Shown here piece after piece: positions 48,262 to 57,367 of a DNA stretch of 64,000 nt (its first letter is position 1; the number at the start of each line of letters is the position of its first letter). The stretch is from Candidatus Thorarchaeota archaeon (GTDB taxonomy: Archaea > Asgardarchaeota > Thorarchaeia > Thorarchaeales > Thorarchaeaceae), in assembly GCA_048882325.1 (NCBI GenBank), contig JBHLRS010000011.1:38521-102520 (forward strand), written 5' to 3'. The position numbers and the translations under genes are program-made. Below the pieces are notes generated by a model, which did not search any database, was not told the origin of the DNA, and was given only the letters and a program-made list of their open reading frames with translations.

Positions 48262-50154
48262 ATGGAAAAGAGAGCGGTTGTTACAATTGACTGGTTACGG
48301 AAGGGACGCATGGTTGAAGATCTCACCATCCTTCGAAACCTCATCTCTGACTCTTCAGCATGGAAGGTAAACACAAAGAGGGATACTAAGGAATTCGAGT
48401 CCACTTTCGGTCTGCAACCCATTCCGAAAAAGGCTAGTACCGAGTCTGTTCTCAGGAGAACACTAGGTTACGACCACGTTCCAGAAGTTCGAGTTCCGTT
48501 GATGCCAGTTGGTAAGACCACTCGCTCGCAGGTTTCATCACTCTTGCCCAGAAATCTGACGAAGGATGAAATCTCCGCTTTATCCTATGTTTTTTCTAGA
48601 TTTGTTCTTGAAGACCTCCCTAAAGATATTGAGTGGCCACTGGTGCCTCAAGGTCTTGATCCACTATCTGCCGCCCTCTTCACTATCAATTATGTATCTC
48701 GATTAACCGGAGAAGAAACACGATGGCTTGTGTCATTGTGGAGATCCAACATTGTAGAACATCAGATTAAGAACCTCAACAAGATTCACGAACTGCTTCT
48801 AACCATTGATGACGTTGAGGATGTTATAGAGGAAATTCGTGGAATACAAAGTGCCACGAAAAAGCTACTCGTGCCAGACACGTCAATTGACATGAGAAAT
48901 GTTCAGGATAGCCTTTCTGAAACAATGGGAGAATGGGTGAAGACTCTCGATGAAAAGAAGAGTTCGCCAAAATCAGAGGTTGTTGATATACGACAGCAGC
49001 TTGCATCAAAGGTTGCGAAAGAGATTGCAGATAGAAGAAAAACTGATCTGGATCCGGTTTCCCTTACAACTTGGAACATTCATGCACTACGACCAGACGG
49101 TCCAATGGCGGCTGAACATGAGCATATGTTGAAGATGTTTCGTAGTGATTTGAACATCTTGAGATATGATGTTATAGTTAGAATGTGTGAATATCTTGCA
49201 GCTACTGAACAACCTGGTCGACCAACAGCGGCTGAAGTTGAGAAAGTCATTGGAACCAAAAGACGCATGTCTCACTATACCCTCCAGAAACTCGGGATGG
49301 TGCTTTCAGAGCGGTACATCCCGTCAATAGGTACAATGGGTCTCAATTACCGTTTCATCTTCACTCAGAAGCAAAAGGAAGGTGTTCTTAGTGATGGTCT
49401 CTTGGAACGGATGGTCCTCTCTGAATCTGAATTTGAGGGATGCACAATTCACCTTGAACCTAGAGGAAGCTCCGTTGCTCAAAAACGTCTACCCTCTGAA
49501 GCATATCAGATGACAGCTAATTCTGAGATCATTTCGCTGAGATTGGACCTCTTCAATAGAGACTCGAAGTCATGGCTTCATGGACCATGGGATAAAGACC
49601 TCAAAGTTAAGCAACGAACCAGAGGATGGCTGAAGCGCGAAGTCCACCCTAGAAAAAGAGTAAGTCATCCAACAATTAGAGAGCTAGATCTCTTTGGTCC
49701 TTTGATGTCATTTCGTGGTCTACGAGGGTCTCGGATGTGGTTCTTACGTGAGATGGGATATCCTGAGAGAACTGCACGACGATATCTTCATCGGATGTTA
49801 GATAACAAAATACTCCGGTTACTCTACACCCCCACTCTGGAATTCTGTGGTCTACCTGAAGGTATGATTGTAGGTGGAAAATTCAAAGATAGTCAAACAC
49901 GACAGTCATTCATCGAGTGGATGACTGCTAGACTTCCTTTTGTTCATGTATATACTGACGATTCCAAACACTTGGTTGCCCGCATTCGACTTCCTCTATT
50001 CTCTACGGATATTGTTGGAGGGAGGATTTTGGAAGAGAATAGTCTGGCAAAACAGCTGTTTACAGCACGGTTAAGGTCGTACAAGACTTACCAGATGACT
50101 GTCTTTCATCGAATCTATAACAAGAACGAATTCGTAAATCCCTGGCAACGTTAG
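48262..50154 (+). CDS. Large protein with tandem wHTH + AsnC-like modules (putative regulator)
   Basis: PTAAEVEKVIGTKRRMSHYTLQKL..P...MGL and REMGYPERTARRYLHRMLDNKIL..P..CGL; likely start MEKRAVV. Confidence 0.7.
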   Translation: MEKRAVVTIDWLRKGRMVEDLTILRNLISDSSAWKVNTKRDTKEFESTFGLQPIPKKASTESVLRRTLGYDHVPEVRVPLMPVGKTTRSQVSSLLPRNLTKDEISALSYVFSRFVLEDLPKDIEWPLVPQGLDPLSAALFTINYVSRLTGEETRWLVSLWRSNIVEHQIKNLNKIHELLLTIDDVEDVIEEIRGIQSATKKLLVPDTSIDMRNVQDSLSETMGEWVKTLDEKKSSPKSEVVDIRQQLASKVAKEIADRRKTDLDPVSLTTWNIHALRPDGPMAAEHEHMLKMFRSDLNILRYDVIVRMCEYLAATEQPGRPTAAEVEKVIGTKRRMSHYTLQKLGMVLSERYIPSIGTMGLNYRFIFTQKQKEGVLSDGLLERMVLSESEFEGCTIHLEPRGSSVAQKRLPSEAYQMTANSEIISLRLDLFNRDSKSWLHGPWDKDLKVKQRTRGWLKREVHPRKRVSHPTIRELDLFGPLMSFRGLRGSRMWFLREMGYPERTARRYLHRMLDNKILRLLYTPTLEFCGLPEGMIVGGKFKDSQTRQSFIEWMTARLPFVHVYTDDSKHLVARIRLPLFSTDIVGGRILEENSLAKQLFTARLRSYKTYQMTVFHRIYNKNEFVNPWQR

Positions 50155-50159
50155 TCCTA

Positions 50160-51152
50160 TCATAGCCATTGCTCGAGTGATGACTGACGTGTGCCAAATC
50201 CCTTCCACAGTTTGAGGACTTTTTCTGTCGTGACTTCAACTGTTGGTTCTGGCATTACCATTCTGAGCGAACGTGTAAGTGATGGCACTATTGGTGGATT
50301 CAACTTCAATTGGATGTTCTGTGTGGTGATGTATGACGCTTCATCGAAAATTTCACGAGCAAGAGAGAATTCCTCTCGTTGAGTATGTGGAACTCCTCTG
50401 GCTTTTAATACCTCGATGAGACTCCCATGTCGCTGTAGAAGAATCGATCCCTTGCGAGGTCCAATTCCTTTTACTCCTTCATGAAAATCGCAACCACTTA
50501 GGACAGCAAGGTCTCTTAATCGCTCTAGATCTAGATCCATCTTAGTTTCAAGCTCTGAAAGCTTACTTCTTAGAATCCGTTCATTTGATACCTGGAGTTG
50601 CTTCGTGACATGCAGAGCTCCGAAAAGAAGTGCATCTACGTCATTCGAAACCACTGTGTCAACTAGACCGTCCCTACACATAGCTGCTGCCATCATCTCT
50701 GCCTCTGATGGGGCAGTGATTGCAGGAACGCCTATGACTCTGGCAAGGTCTTTGATATGGTGCCCTGCAAAGTACATCCTCACAGCTCGGCTGTTCCATA
50801 GTGCCTCAGCAATCTCTTCGTTGAAGGGGTCACCTTCGTCAACAAATTGCTGATAGAGAGATTGAGCTTTTTGTATCAGTTCAGGATTCGGATCCCGTTT
50901 TCGTGACTCCGGAGGTCCATCAAACACCAGGACAGGAAGGATATGAATACTGAGAGTAGACCCGACCAAGCTTAGCAAGGTTCTAACATGTGCTAATGGT
51001 AACCTCCCGTCAGGAGATTTCGTTGTTTTAATTGCAGTGAGTCGTCTGGTCAAATAGTTTGGTACATCAATCGCAATTGCTCCCGGACTGATTTCCTCGA
51101 TTCCTACCCAGCGCCAAGGAACAATGCTATCATTCCAATGTTTCACACCCAT
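50160..51152 (-). CDS. fen: FEN1/XPG family structure-specific nuclease with PIP box
   Basis: MGVK, IDVPNYL, PVLVFDG, APSEAE, SNDVDALLFG, GCDFHEGVKGIGPRKG, C-terminal QSSLEQWL. Confidence 0.9.
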   Translation of the reverse strand: MGVKHWNDSIVPWRWVGIEEISPGAIAIDVPNYLTRRLTAIKTTKSPDGRLPLAHVRTLLSLVGSTLSIHILPVLVFDGPPESRKRDPNPELIQKAQSLYQQFVDEGDPFNEEIAEALWNSRAVRMYFAGHHIKDLARVIGVPAITAPSEAEMMAAAMCRDGLVDTVVSNDVDALLFGALHVTKQLQVSNERILRSKLSELETKMDLDLERLRDLAVLSGCDFHEGVKGIGPRKGSILLQRHGSLIEVLKARGVPHTQREEFSLAREIFDEASYITTQNIQLKLNPPIVPSLTRSLRMVMPEPTVEVTTEKVLKLWKGFGTRQSSLEQWL

Positions 51153-51164
51153 AGCCGCCGCCTC

Positions 51165-51884
51165 TCATTTCATACTTCTGATTCCTTTTGAGTCCGCTCT
51201 GACAATTATGCTTGGAGGATTCTTCGACGCTGTGCATCTTTCTACGAGAATCCGAATTAGACTCTCGTTTGTTTTTAGCCTGTCAATCCGTACAACACTA
51301 TCAACCGCATGAGACAATACATTTCCACCAATCGGTGTTGTTGCTCCGGAAACCCAGTTTCTCGAGGATTGATCGGTTATGAGTGCGTGAGTATTTGTTT
51401 CATTTACAACACTCCTGATGACTTCAAAGGTATGAAATAGTTCTCGCTGACGACCTTTTGTTCCTGGAGCACCAGAGAGATTCAGAGCACCTGTGAGACT
51501 GTCTAGAACAATCACAGAAACACTACCTAGATTGTCAAGCGACCCCATCATCTGCTCAGCATCAGCCAGACTCATAATCTGTCCCACAACGATCCTACTC
51601 AAGACCTCTGATGCATTGTCCGCTGACGCACAAAGAGATCTTGCTAATGCAGGGCTGTAGTTAGTTCCTGAGTCTAGGAAGACGCACTTTGCGTTTGGTA
51701 GAGACTTGGCGGCTGACACTGCAATCCCATGTGCCATAATACTCAATGGTGCACGTTCTGAGCTGTGTAATAGGCTGATTTGACGTGGAAGCACAATGTT
51801 CTCAAAAGATTGTTCAAGAACTCTTGGAGTAAGTCTAATCTTTGATTCTGTAGGAATCTCAAGTTCTTCAAGCGGCACTCTCAA
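51165..51884 (-). CDS. RadB/Rad51-paralogue-like protein, degenerate Walker A
   Basis: RecA fold: VFLDSG, VIVLDSL, LITDQ, PIGGNVLSHAVD; the P-loop is replaced by HSSERAPLS. Confidence 0.8.
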   Translation of the reverse strand: MRVPLEELEIPTESKIRLTPRVLEQSFENIVLPRQISLLHSSERAPLSIMAHGIAVSAAKSLPNAKCVFLDSGTNYSPALARSLCASADNASEVLSRIVVGQIMSLADAEQMMGSLDNLGSVSVIVLDSLTGALNLSGAPGTKGRQRELFHTFEVIRSVVNETNTHALITDQSSRNWVSGATTPIGGNVLSHAVDSVVRIDRLKTNESLIRILVERCTASKNPPSIIVRADSKGIRSMK

Positions 51885-52833
51885 CGGAATCTATGACCTC
51901 CCGGATTGCTGTAAAGTTTCGATTTAGAAGCAGCTCTGACTCATGACCCTGTTTTAGTGTTTCAACATTGAGACCTGTTACTTCCATATCTGGCACGAGC
52001 ACCATCAATCCCCACTCCGATGGGAACACGGTCATGCGTATTGGCCACATTGACAACAGATCATTTACTGTCTTCTCATCCTTTGCAAGTCTGTATTCTT
52101 TCATCATCAGTCCATTCTTCTCATCAATTATTGGAATCATCTGAACTGCCTCAGCAAGAAGAGTAGGAGCTTGACCTTTACTCTCGATGCCATATGATTT
52201 CAGAAGTGCTAAGACTCTATCTAACATCGAAAGGTTTCTTCCAGTAGAAACAAAGAGAACATCAATCTCTTCGAAATGAGTCAAGGAGATGGGTAATAAT
52301 AAACGATCACGCATCAATTCGGCAACTTTGTTGCGATGTTCCGGGTTAATTACTAGAACTGAGTTTGTCGAATTCAAGGTGAGGGATGATCCATCTCCGG
52401 TTTGTATCACACGTTTTGAAAGACCACTTAGTGAACCACTGACCCCAGATGGAATATACTCCTGAATCTCATTTAGTATTGCTGAGGGATCTCCAATGAA
52501 TGAGATGAGAATTGATGTAGCGACCGCTGTGACAATCGATACGACAAGACCAAATGGCAGAGCAATGACAAAACCTACCACAATCATGTAACCCGAAGCA
52601 GCATAACTTACAACGTTGAGGACCATCTTGACAGGAGTATCTTCTTTCTGCTTTTTCATGAGCCTAAGGAGAACTACTGTGATAGCTCCTGCAATTATAA
52701 GTGGAAATGGATTTCCTGTCCTGAAAGCGAGTACAACTCCGACAACTGATGATAATAGCTCCGCACCTCCTGCAAGAGCAATAGCTCCTGCAAACACTAA
52801 GCCAACCAGTTTGAGGATGCTTTTTCCAAACAT
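51868..52833 (-). CDS. Membrane protein (4 N-terminal TM + soluble domain)
   Basis: Hydrophobic N-terminal third; coupled to both neighbours. Confidence 0.75.
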   Translation of the reverse strand: MFGKSILKLVGLVFAGAIALAGGAELLSSVVGVVLAFRTGNPFPLIIAGAITVVLLRLMKKQKEDTPVKMVLNVVSYAASGYMIVVGFVIALPFGLVVSIVTAVATSILISFIGDPSAILNEIQEYIPSGVSGSLSGLSKRVIQTGDGSSLTLNSTNSVLVINPEHRNKVAELMRDRLLLPISLTHFEEIDVLFVSTGRNLSMLDRVLALLKSYGIESKGQAPTLLAEAVQMIPIIDEKNGLMMKEYRLAKDEKTVNDLLSMWPIRMTVFPSEWGLMVLVPDMEVTGLNVETLKQGHESELLLNRNFTAIREVIDSVESAA

Positions 52834-53516
52834 TAACTGTTACCTCCGACCAGCTCTGAAACTCTGGACAGGTAAGGTTGGACTGTGGGACTCCCGTCCT
52901 CCTGCAACCTTAACACCCCAAGCTGCTCCCTGTTTTCTAGAGTGTCAATCACTCTTAGAATTCGCGTGGAATCTTCCAAAGGCTGACGAACTAGAACAAG
53001 ATCGTGGTCAACCCATTTCTTGATATTACGATAATGAACTGCAAGATTTCCGGACTCGGTCAACTCACGGCTCTCACTGGTGATTATGATTGTAAGTCCT
53101 CTCTCCTGCACGAGACCAGCTAATGTGGGTAGGACCTCCTCAACGAGTTCTCTACCCCATAGGATGGGGTTCTTCCTCGCCATGTCAAGCAATCGCGTAA
53201 TTGGATCAATCACGACGAGTGAAACTCCCTTCTGAAGTGATTGCGGGAGTCCAAGAATGTGATCAAGAGCTTCATTTCTGTCACCCATCATACTTACGCA
53301 TACGTTCTGAATCACTCCTCCCACCGAATCTATGGTTCGTTTTAGAAATGGGATGAAACTATGCTTTGAGTCAGTGTTGATCCACTCCACCTTTGAATAG
53401 CTGGATATTTCTGCCGCGATTGAGCATGCAAAAAGAGTCTTTCCAGAGCCTGCAGCTCCCCAAAGATGAATCAATCCATCCAGTGTAAGAGTGTCAGTTA
53501 GAGTTGCTTTAGACAC
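52833..53516 (-). CDS. RadB/Rad51-paralogue-like ATPase
   Basis: Walker A GAAGSGKT, WINTD, Walker B LVVIDPI, IIITSE; no N-terminal HhH; GTG start after AGGAG overlapping the upstream stop. Confidence 0.82.
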   Translation of the reverse strand: MSKATLTDTLTLDGLIHLWGAAGSGKTLFACSIAAEISSYSKVEWINTDSKHSFIPFLKRTIDSVGGVIQNVCVSMMGDRNEALDHILGLPQSLQKGVSLVVIDPITRLLDMARKNPILWGRELVEEVLPTLAGLVQERGLTIIITSESRELTESGNLAVHYRNIKKWVDHDLVLVRQPLEDSTRILRVIDTLENREQLGVLRLQEDGSPTVQPYLSRVSELVGGNS

Positions 53517-55149
53517 TTGCTGAACCACTCTCCTCCTTAGAACCTGAGGCAGAATCGGCGATGTCAACCTCCTCTAGAAGAGAGAGCTGATGCGTTTCTT
53601 TGATATTCCTCCTCTTTTTCTTTGATCTAGCAGTGACAACATCTGCTCCTGTTATGTTCATCTCAGGTTCTTCAGGCTCTTCAGAGATTTCATTCGCTGT
53701 TGCATCGACTGATGCATGCAACATCATATCCAGTAATTCATCGTCCTCCTCAGTTCCCTTGCTTGGTGCTGAATCAGTATCTTCAGGATTTGATTCCTGC
53801 ACTTGTTTTGGAATTATGACCTCTTCTGATGCGAGCTCTTTATCCATCTCCTCGACTGCTTCTTTCATGGCACGTTGGTTGAGATGGTCATCAATTGAAT
53901 CCTTGATGTCTGGACGTAGAGCACCGATATGATAGAGTGCATTGTTGAGCTGCGTTAGATGTTCTACTGCCTCAGTGAAGGTGATAGCTTTCGTAACATG
54001 CCCAGTGAGACCGACATATGCGAGTGCCAGGGATTCCTCTTGCTCTACACCTCCAAGATCCTGGAAGAGACCTAGAAACTTCCTCAAACCGACATCCGCC
54101 TCTTTCATTGATACTGAGCTCGAATCACTTTGAAGGGGAGCAAGCCGTACGCACTCGTCAAGAACTGAGCACGCCGCGCCAACCGCCGTATCAACATCCC
54201 CCTCCTCAAGAGCCCGACCTGCTGCGGCTATCAATGGTGAAACGACGAAGTTCAAATCTCCGATGAGCACTAACTTATCCTCATTCTCCAAAATTGATTT
54301 TGAGATTCTATCCGCATCCCCTAGTCTATCCAACACACTCTGTTCATCACTGAGGGTTGTGACGAATCCACTGATTGAGGACCTTGAGGATTGTAACAAC
54401 CAACCGCCCACAATTCCTGACAAAGCGCTTGCTAGTAGTGGTAATATCAATGATCCTGTACCAACTGTAAGAACTGAGAGAGTGGTCGCGACTCCAATGA
54501 TGAGCCCTACCATTGCTAGAATTCCAAACCAACCCCTTGTCAGACCACTCTCTAGCAATGCCCACTTATTTCCAATGATGCTCTTCTTCAAATCAGGAAG
54601 TCGAGAACGGGCATCACTCCTACGGACAAGTACAAATTCCTCTGGTGTAACCACTCTTCCGGTGTCTGTTAGCCAAGTCAAATCCATCGTTGGTTTTGTT
54701 CCTTTTGTAATAACATAGACCGTTCGTGTTTCATGGATGAGTGACTCCTTCTTTCCAGTCGCCCCTCTGAGCAAAGGCAACCGAATCTTGCCCCAGGGCG
54801 TCACCAAAGTCTGTTCATTCATGAACTCCTCGAGTCCGACATCTCCCAAGACTCGTGGGAGTGTCCTGTTGATGCTCTCAAGAACAGCGGCTCTCATAGC
54901 CAAACCACTCTTACCAAAAGCGGCTTCACGCAAGTCAAGAACATAGACAATGTCCACATGGACTCCACGAGTTCCTGGAATTGCTTCTAATCTTACTCCT
55001 AGTGTCAAGCCATTGGGATACCTTATTGTAAAGTGTCCTGTCACCTCTAAGGCCGCAGTTATGTCATGTTCCTTCTTCGTAGTAGTCGATGATTCTTGCT
55101 CAAGCTCTTCGCCTTCAGTAACCTTGTCCTCTTCTTTTGTTAAGCTCAT
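53509..55149 (-). CDS. Membrane protein (central 2-TM hairpin, helical domain, acidic tail)
   Basis: TMs WFGILAMVGLIIGVA and LILPLLASALSGIVGGW; GGAG SD. Confidence 0.75.
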   Translation of the reverse strand: MSLTKEEDKVTEGEELEQESSTTTKKEHDITAALEVTGHFTIRYPNGLTLGVRLEAIPGTRGVHVDIVYVLDLREAAFGKSGLAMRAAVLESINRTLPRVLGDVGLEEFMNEQTLVTPWGKIRLPLLRGATGKKESLIHETRTVYVITKGTKPTMDLTWLTDTGRVVTPEEFVLVRRSDARSRLPDLKKSIIGNKWALLESGLTRGWFGILAMVGLIIGVATTLSVLTVGTGSLILPLLASALSGIVGGWLLQSSRSSISGFVTTLSDEQSVLDRLGDADRISKSILENEDKLVLIGDLNFVVSPLIAAAGRALEEGDVDTAVGAACSVLDECVRLAPLQSDSSSVSMKEADVGLRKFLGLFQDLGGVEQEESLALAYVGLTGHVTKAITFTEAVEHLTQLNNALYHIGALRPDIKDSIDDHLNQRAMKEAVEEMDKELASEEVIIPKQVQESNPEDTDSAPSKGTEEDDELLDMMLHASVDATANEISEEPEEPEMNITGADVVTARSKKKRRNIKETHQLSLLEEVDIADSASGSKEESGSASV

Positions 55150-55168
55150 TTTTTCTGCTCCTCCATTG

Positions 55169-57367
55169 TCATTCGTCTTCTCCCCCGCTTTCGCTAAATC
55201 TACTCTCCAAGGCTTCTAAGAGACCTCGGGATATTCCGAGTACTTTTGAAAGACCTCCAAGTTCAGCAATGATTGCTATCGAGTGTAACAGCCATCTTGA
55301 AGATTCGAGTAAACCAAACATATCTCCCATGCTGATACCTAACTTGATAGCAAGCTGTCTTACCGAAATCTCAGTTGAAGCCAATGCAGCCATCATATGA
55401 TCAAATGAATCATCCAAGTTACTTCCGCTCTCAATTGATACTAAGTGACGAAGCAGCCACAGAAGCTGTGTGTTGTCTTCTATTGTTGGAAGTAATGCTA
55501 GTAATTCCCTTGCTGTTGGGATGCTCAAATAGAGTCTATTCACAGTCCGGCCAAGTTTAGTCGGTTTGAGTTTTCCATTGACCTCCCCCTCAACAAGACC
55601 CAACCGAATCAATAGAGCAAGAGGTGAGGTTTCTGACAATGCAAGTGGAATCACATAATCTGCAAGAGTACCTAGCTCGCGTGAGGAGGTCATGCCTAGT
55701 GTCACCAAGTGATGACAAAGAATTCCATCTTCACTAATTGGGCGACCACAAGAGCACATCGGACCCTCGACTATTCCTGATGGGGAAAGTCTCGCAGAGA
55801 ACCTACATGTATACTGTCCTCCTCCATAGCCTGTGATCAATCCCCCAATCACGGTTTCATGTTGCTCCCGGACCTTTGTAGCTCCGAGTACCCCTTTCCG
55901 TGCTGAGTGAATTGTATCTGTGAGTGCATGCCGCTCAATTGCAGCTTCAGCAGTAATTTCTCCAAGCTGTAGGACTCTCATTGGTGCCTTGGAATCCCTA
56001 ATGGCACAATGGACTAGAAAGGCCTCACCTAATATCCCATTCTCAATTTCTTCAAGAGTTGCTGAAGACAACATATCCAGAATGACGAGAAGCTGCTCTG
56101 ATAGTGAACTTGCCTCACCCAAAACACTGGGAATCGAGTCATGCTTTGGTGTGAGTATTTCTTTTCCTGATTCTGGATCTACGAGTAAATCGAAGTATCG
56201 GTCCTTTATCTTGTCAGCTTCACCAGTACTCCCAGCAAGAAGAATGCCAAACCCGACCTTATCCTTTCCTGGTCTCCCTGCTCGACCAAGCATCTGATGG
56301 ACACTGTTGGCTGAAAGGAACGTTCGATAATCCTGAGGTGACTTAGTACTCGATAGAACTACAGTCCTGGCAGGTAGATCCATTCCTGCAGCCAGCGTGG
56401 ATGTGGCTGAGATGACTCTGATGAGTCCTTGATTGAAAAGTCGTTCAACAAGCCTGCGCGTCTGGTAATCAAGACCTGCATGGTGATATGCAGTACCGTC
56501 ATGAAGCAACCCTCTCATATCAGAGGGTAATGTCACATTGACATTCTCCAATGACTTAAGCTCGATGTCCAACTTGTCCTTCTCACCTGAGGTGAACTGT
56601 CTCCCAACATCCTCAGCAAGTCGGAGAGCTTGCGCCTCTGCTTCTCGTCTAGTTCGATTGAAGACAATAGCTTGACCATCACCTTGAACCGTTGTCATCA
56701 CCAGTGTCTTGAGACTATGATTCTTGTTACCTGTAATCATCACTTTGCAAACTAGAGGAACAGGGCGTTCATCTGACTCGACCAATTCACAGTCCATCCA
56801 TTCTGCAAGCTCTTCTGGTGACCCAACTGTAGCTGAGAGCGCGATTATCTGTAAATCCTGTAACTGTCTTCTCATTCTCACAATGAGGCTCTCAAGTCTA
56901 GCACCTCTCCCAGGATCTGCAAGAGTCTGTATCTCATCAATCACAACAGTGCCTATTTCAGAAATCCAGCTCACGTTTCGACGGAGCAGAGAGTCTGCAC
57001 GTTCATAGGTCGTAACAATGACATCATACTCTGCAAGATCTTCTCCAGAATTCTGGAAATCGCCTGTGGAAATCCCTACTGCTACTCCAAACACCTCATA
57101 CCGGTCTCGAAGAATCTGACTCACCTGTACGGCAAGAGCTCGCAGTGGGACTAGAAATAGTCCCTTTTTTCCTGTGGTGACTGCTCGTAATATTCCTAAC
57201 TCGCCAACAAGGGTTTTCCCTGATCCTGTTGGACTTGCAACCATGATATTCTTTCCATCAAGGAGGCCCTTGTCTAGTGCAAGATTCTGAATACCTCGAG
57301 GTTTGATGCCAGCTTTACCTATGATTTCCTCCACCTTTGAGGATACATCAGCCACAGCCATCATCAA
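55169..57367 (-). CDS. Ski2/Hel308-like SF2 helicase with inserted SWIM Zn finger
   Basis: SPTGSGKT, PLRALA, DEIQ, SAT, HHAGL, TSTLAAGMDLPA, QMLGRAGRPG; SWIM-type CSC-x10-CHH. Confidence 0.9.
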   Translation of the reverse strand: MMMAVADVSSKVEEIIGKAGIKPRGIQNLALDKGLLDGKNIMVASPTGSGKTLVGELGILRAVTTGKKGLFLVPLRALAVQVSQILRDRYEVFGVAVGISTGDFQNSGEDLAEYDVIVTTYERADSLLRRNVSWISEIGTVVIDEIQTLADPGRGARLESLIVRMRRQLQDLQIIALSATVGSPEELAEWMDCELVESDERPVPLVCKVMITGNKNHSLKTLVMTTVQGDGQAIVFNRTRREAEAQALRLAEDVGRQFTSGEKDKLDIELKSLENVNVTLPSDMRGLLHDGTAYHHAGLDYQTRRLVERLFNQGLIRVISATSTLAAGMDLPARTVVLSSTKSPQDYRTFLSANSVHQMLGRAGRPGKDKVGFGILLAGSTGEADKIKDRYFDLLVDPESGKEILTPKHDSIPSVLGEASSLSEQLLVILDMLSSATLEEIENGILGEAFLVHCAIRDSKAPMRVLQLGEITAEAAIERHALTDTIHSARKGVLGATKVREQHETVIGGLITGYGGGQYTCRFSARLSPSGIVEGPMCSCGRPISEDGILCHHLVTLGMTSSRELGTLADYVIPLALSETSPLALLIRLGLVEGEVNGKLKPTKLGRTVNRLYLSIPTARELLALLPTIEDNTQLLWLLRHLVSIESGSNLDDSFDHMMAALASTEISVRQLAIKLGISMGDMFGLLESSRWLLHSIAIIAELGGLSKVLGISRGLLEALESRFSESGGEDE

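Noticed and set aside
51165-53516. ImuABC/PolB2-type mutasome
   Set aside because: A dead RecA-fold protein is present, but no Y-family or B-family polymerase gene lies in the window.
53560-53600. QLSLL clamp-binding-like motif in the tail of the 546-aa membrane protein
   Set aside because: It lacks the aromatic residues of a PIP box and sits in low-complexity sequence; too weak without conservation data.
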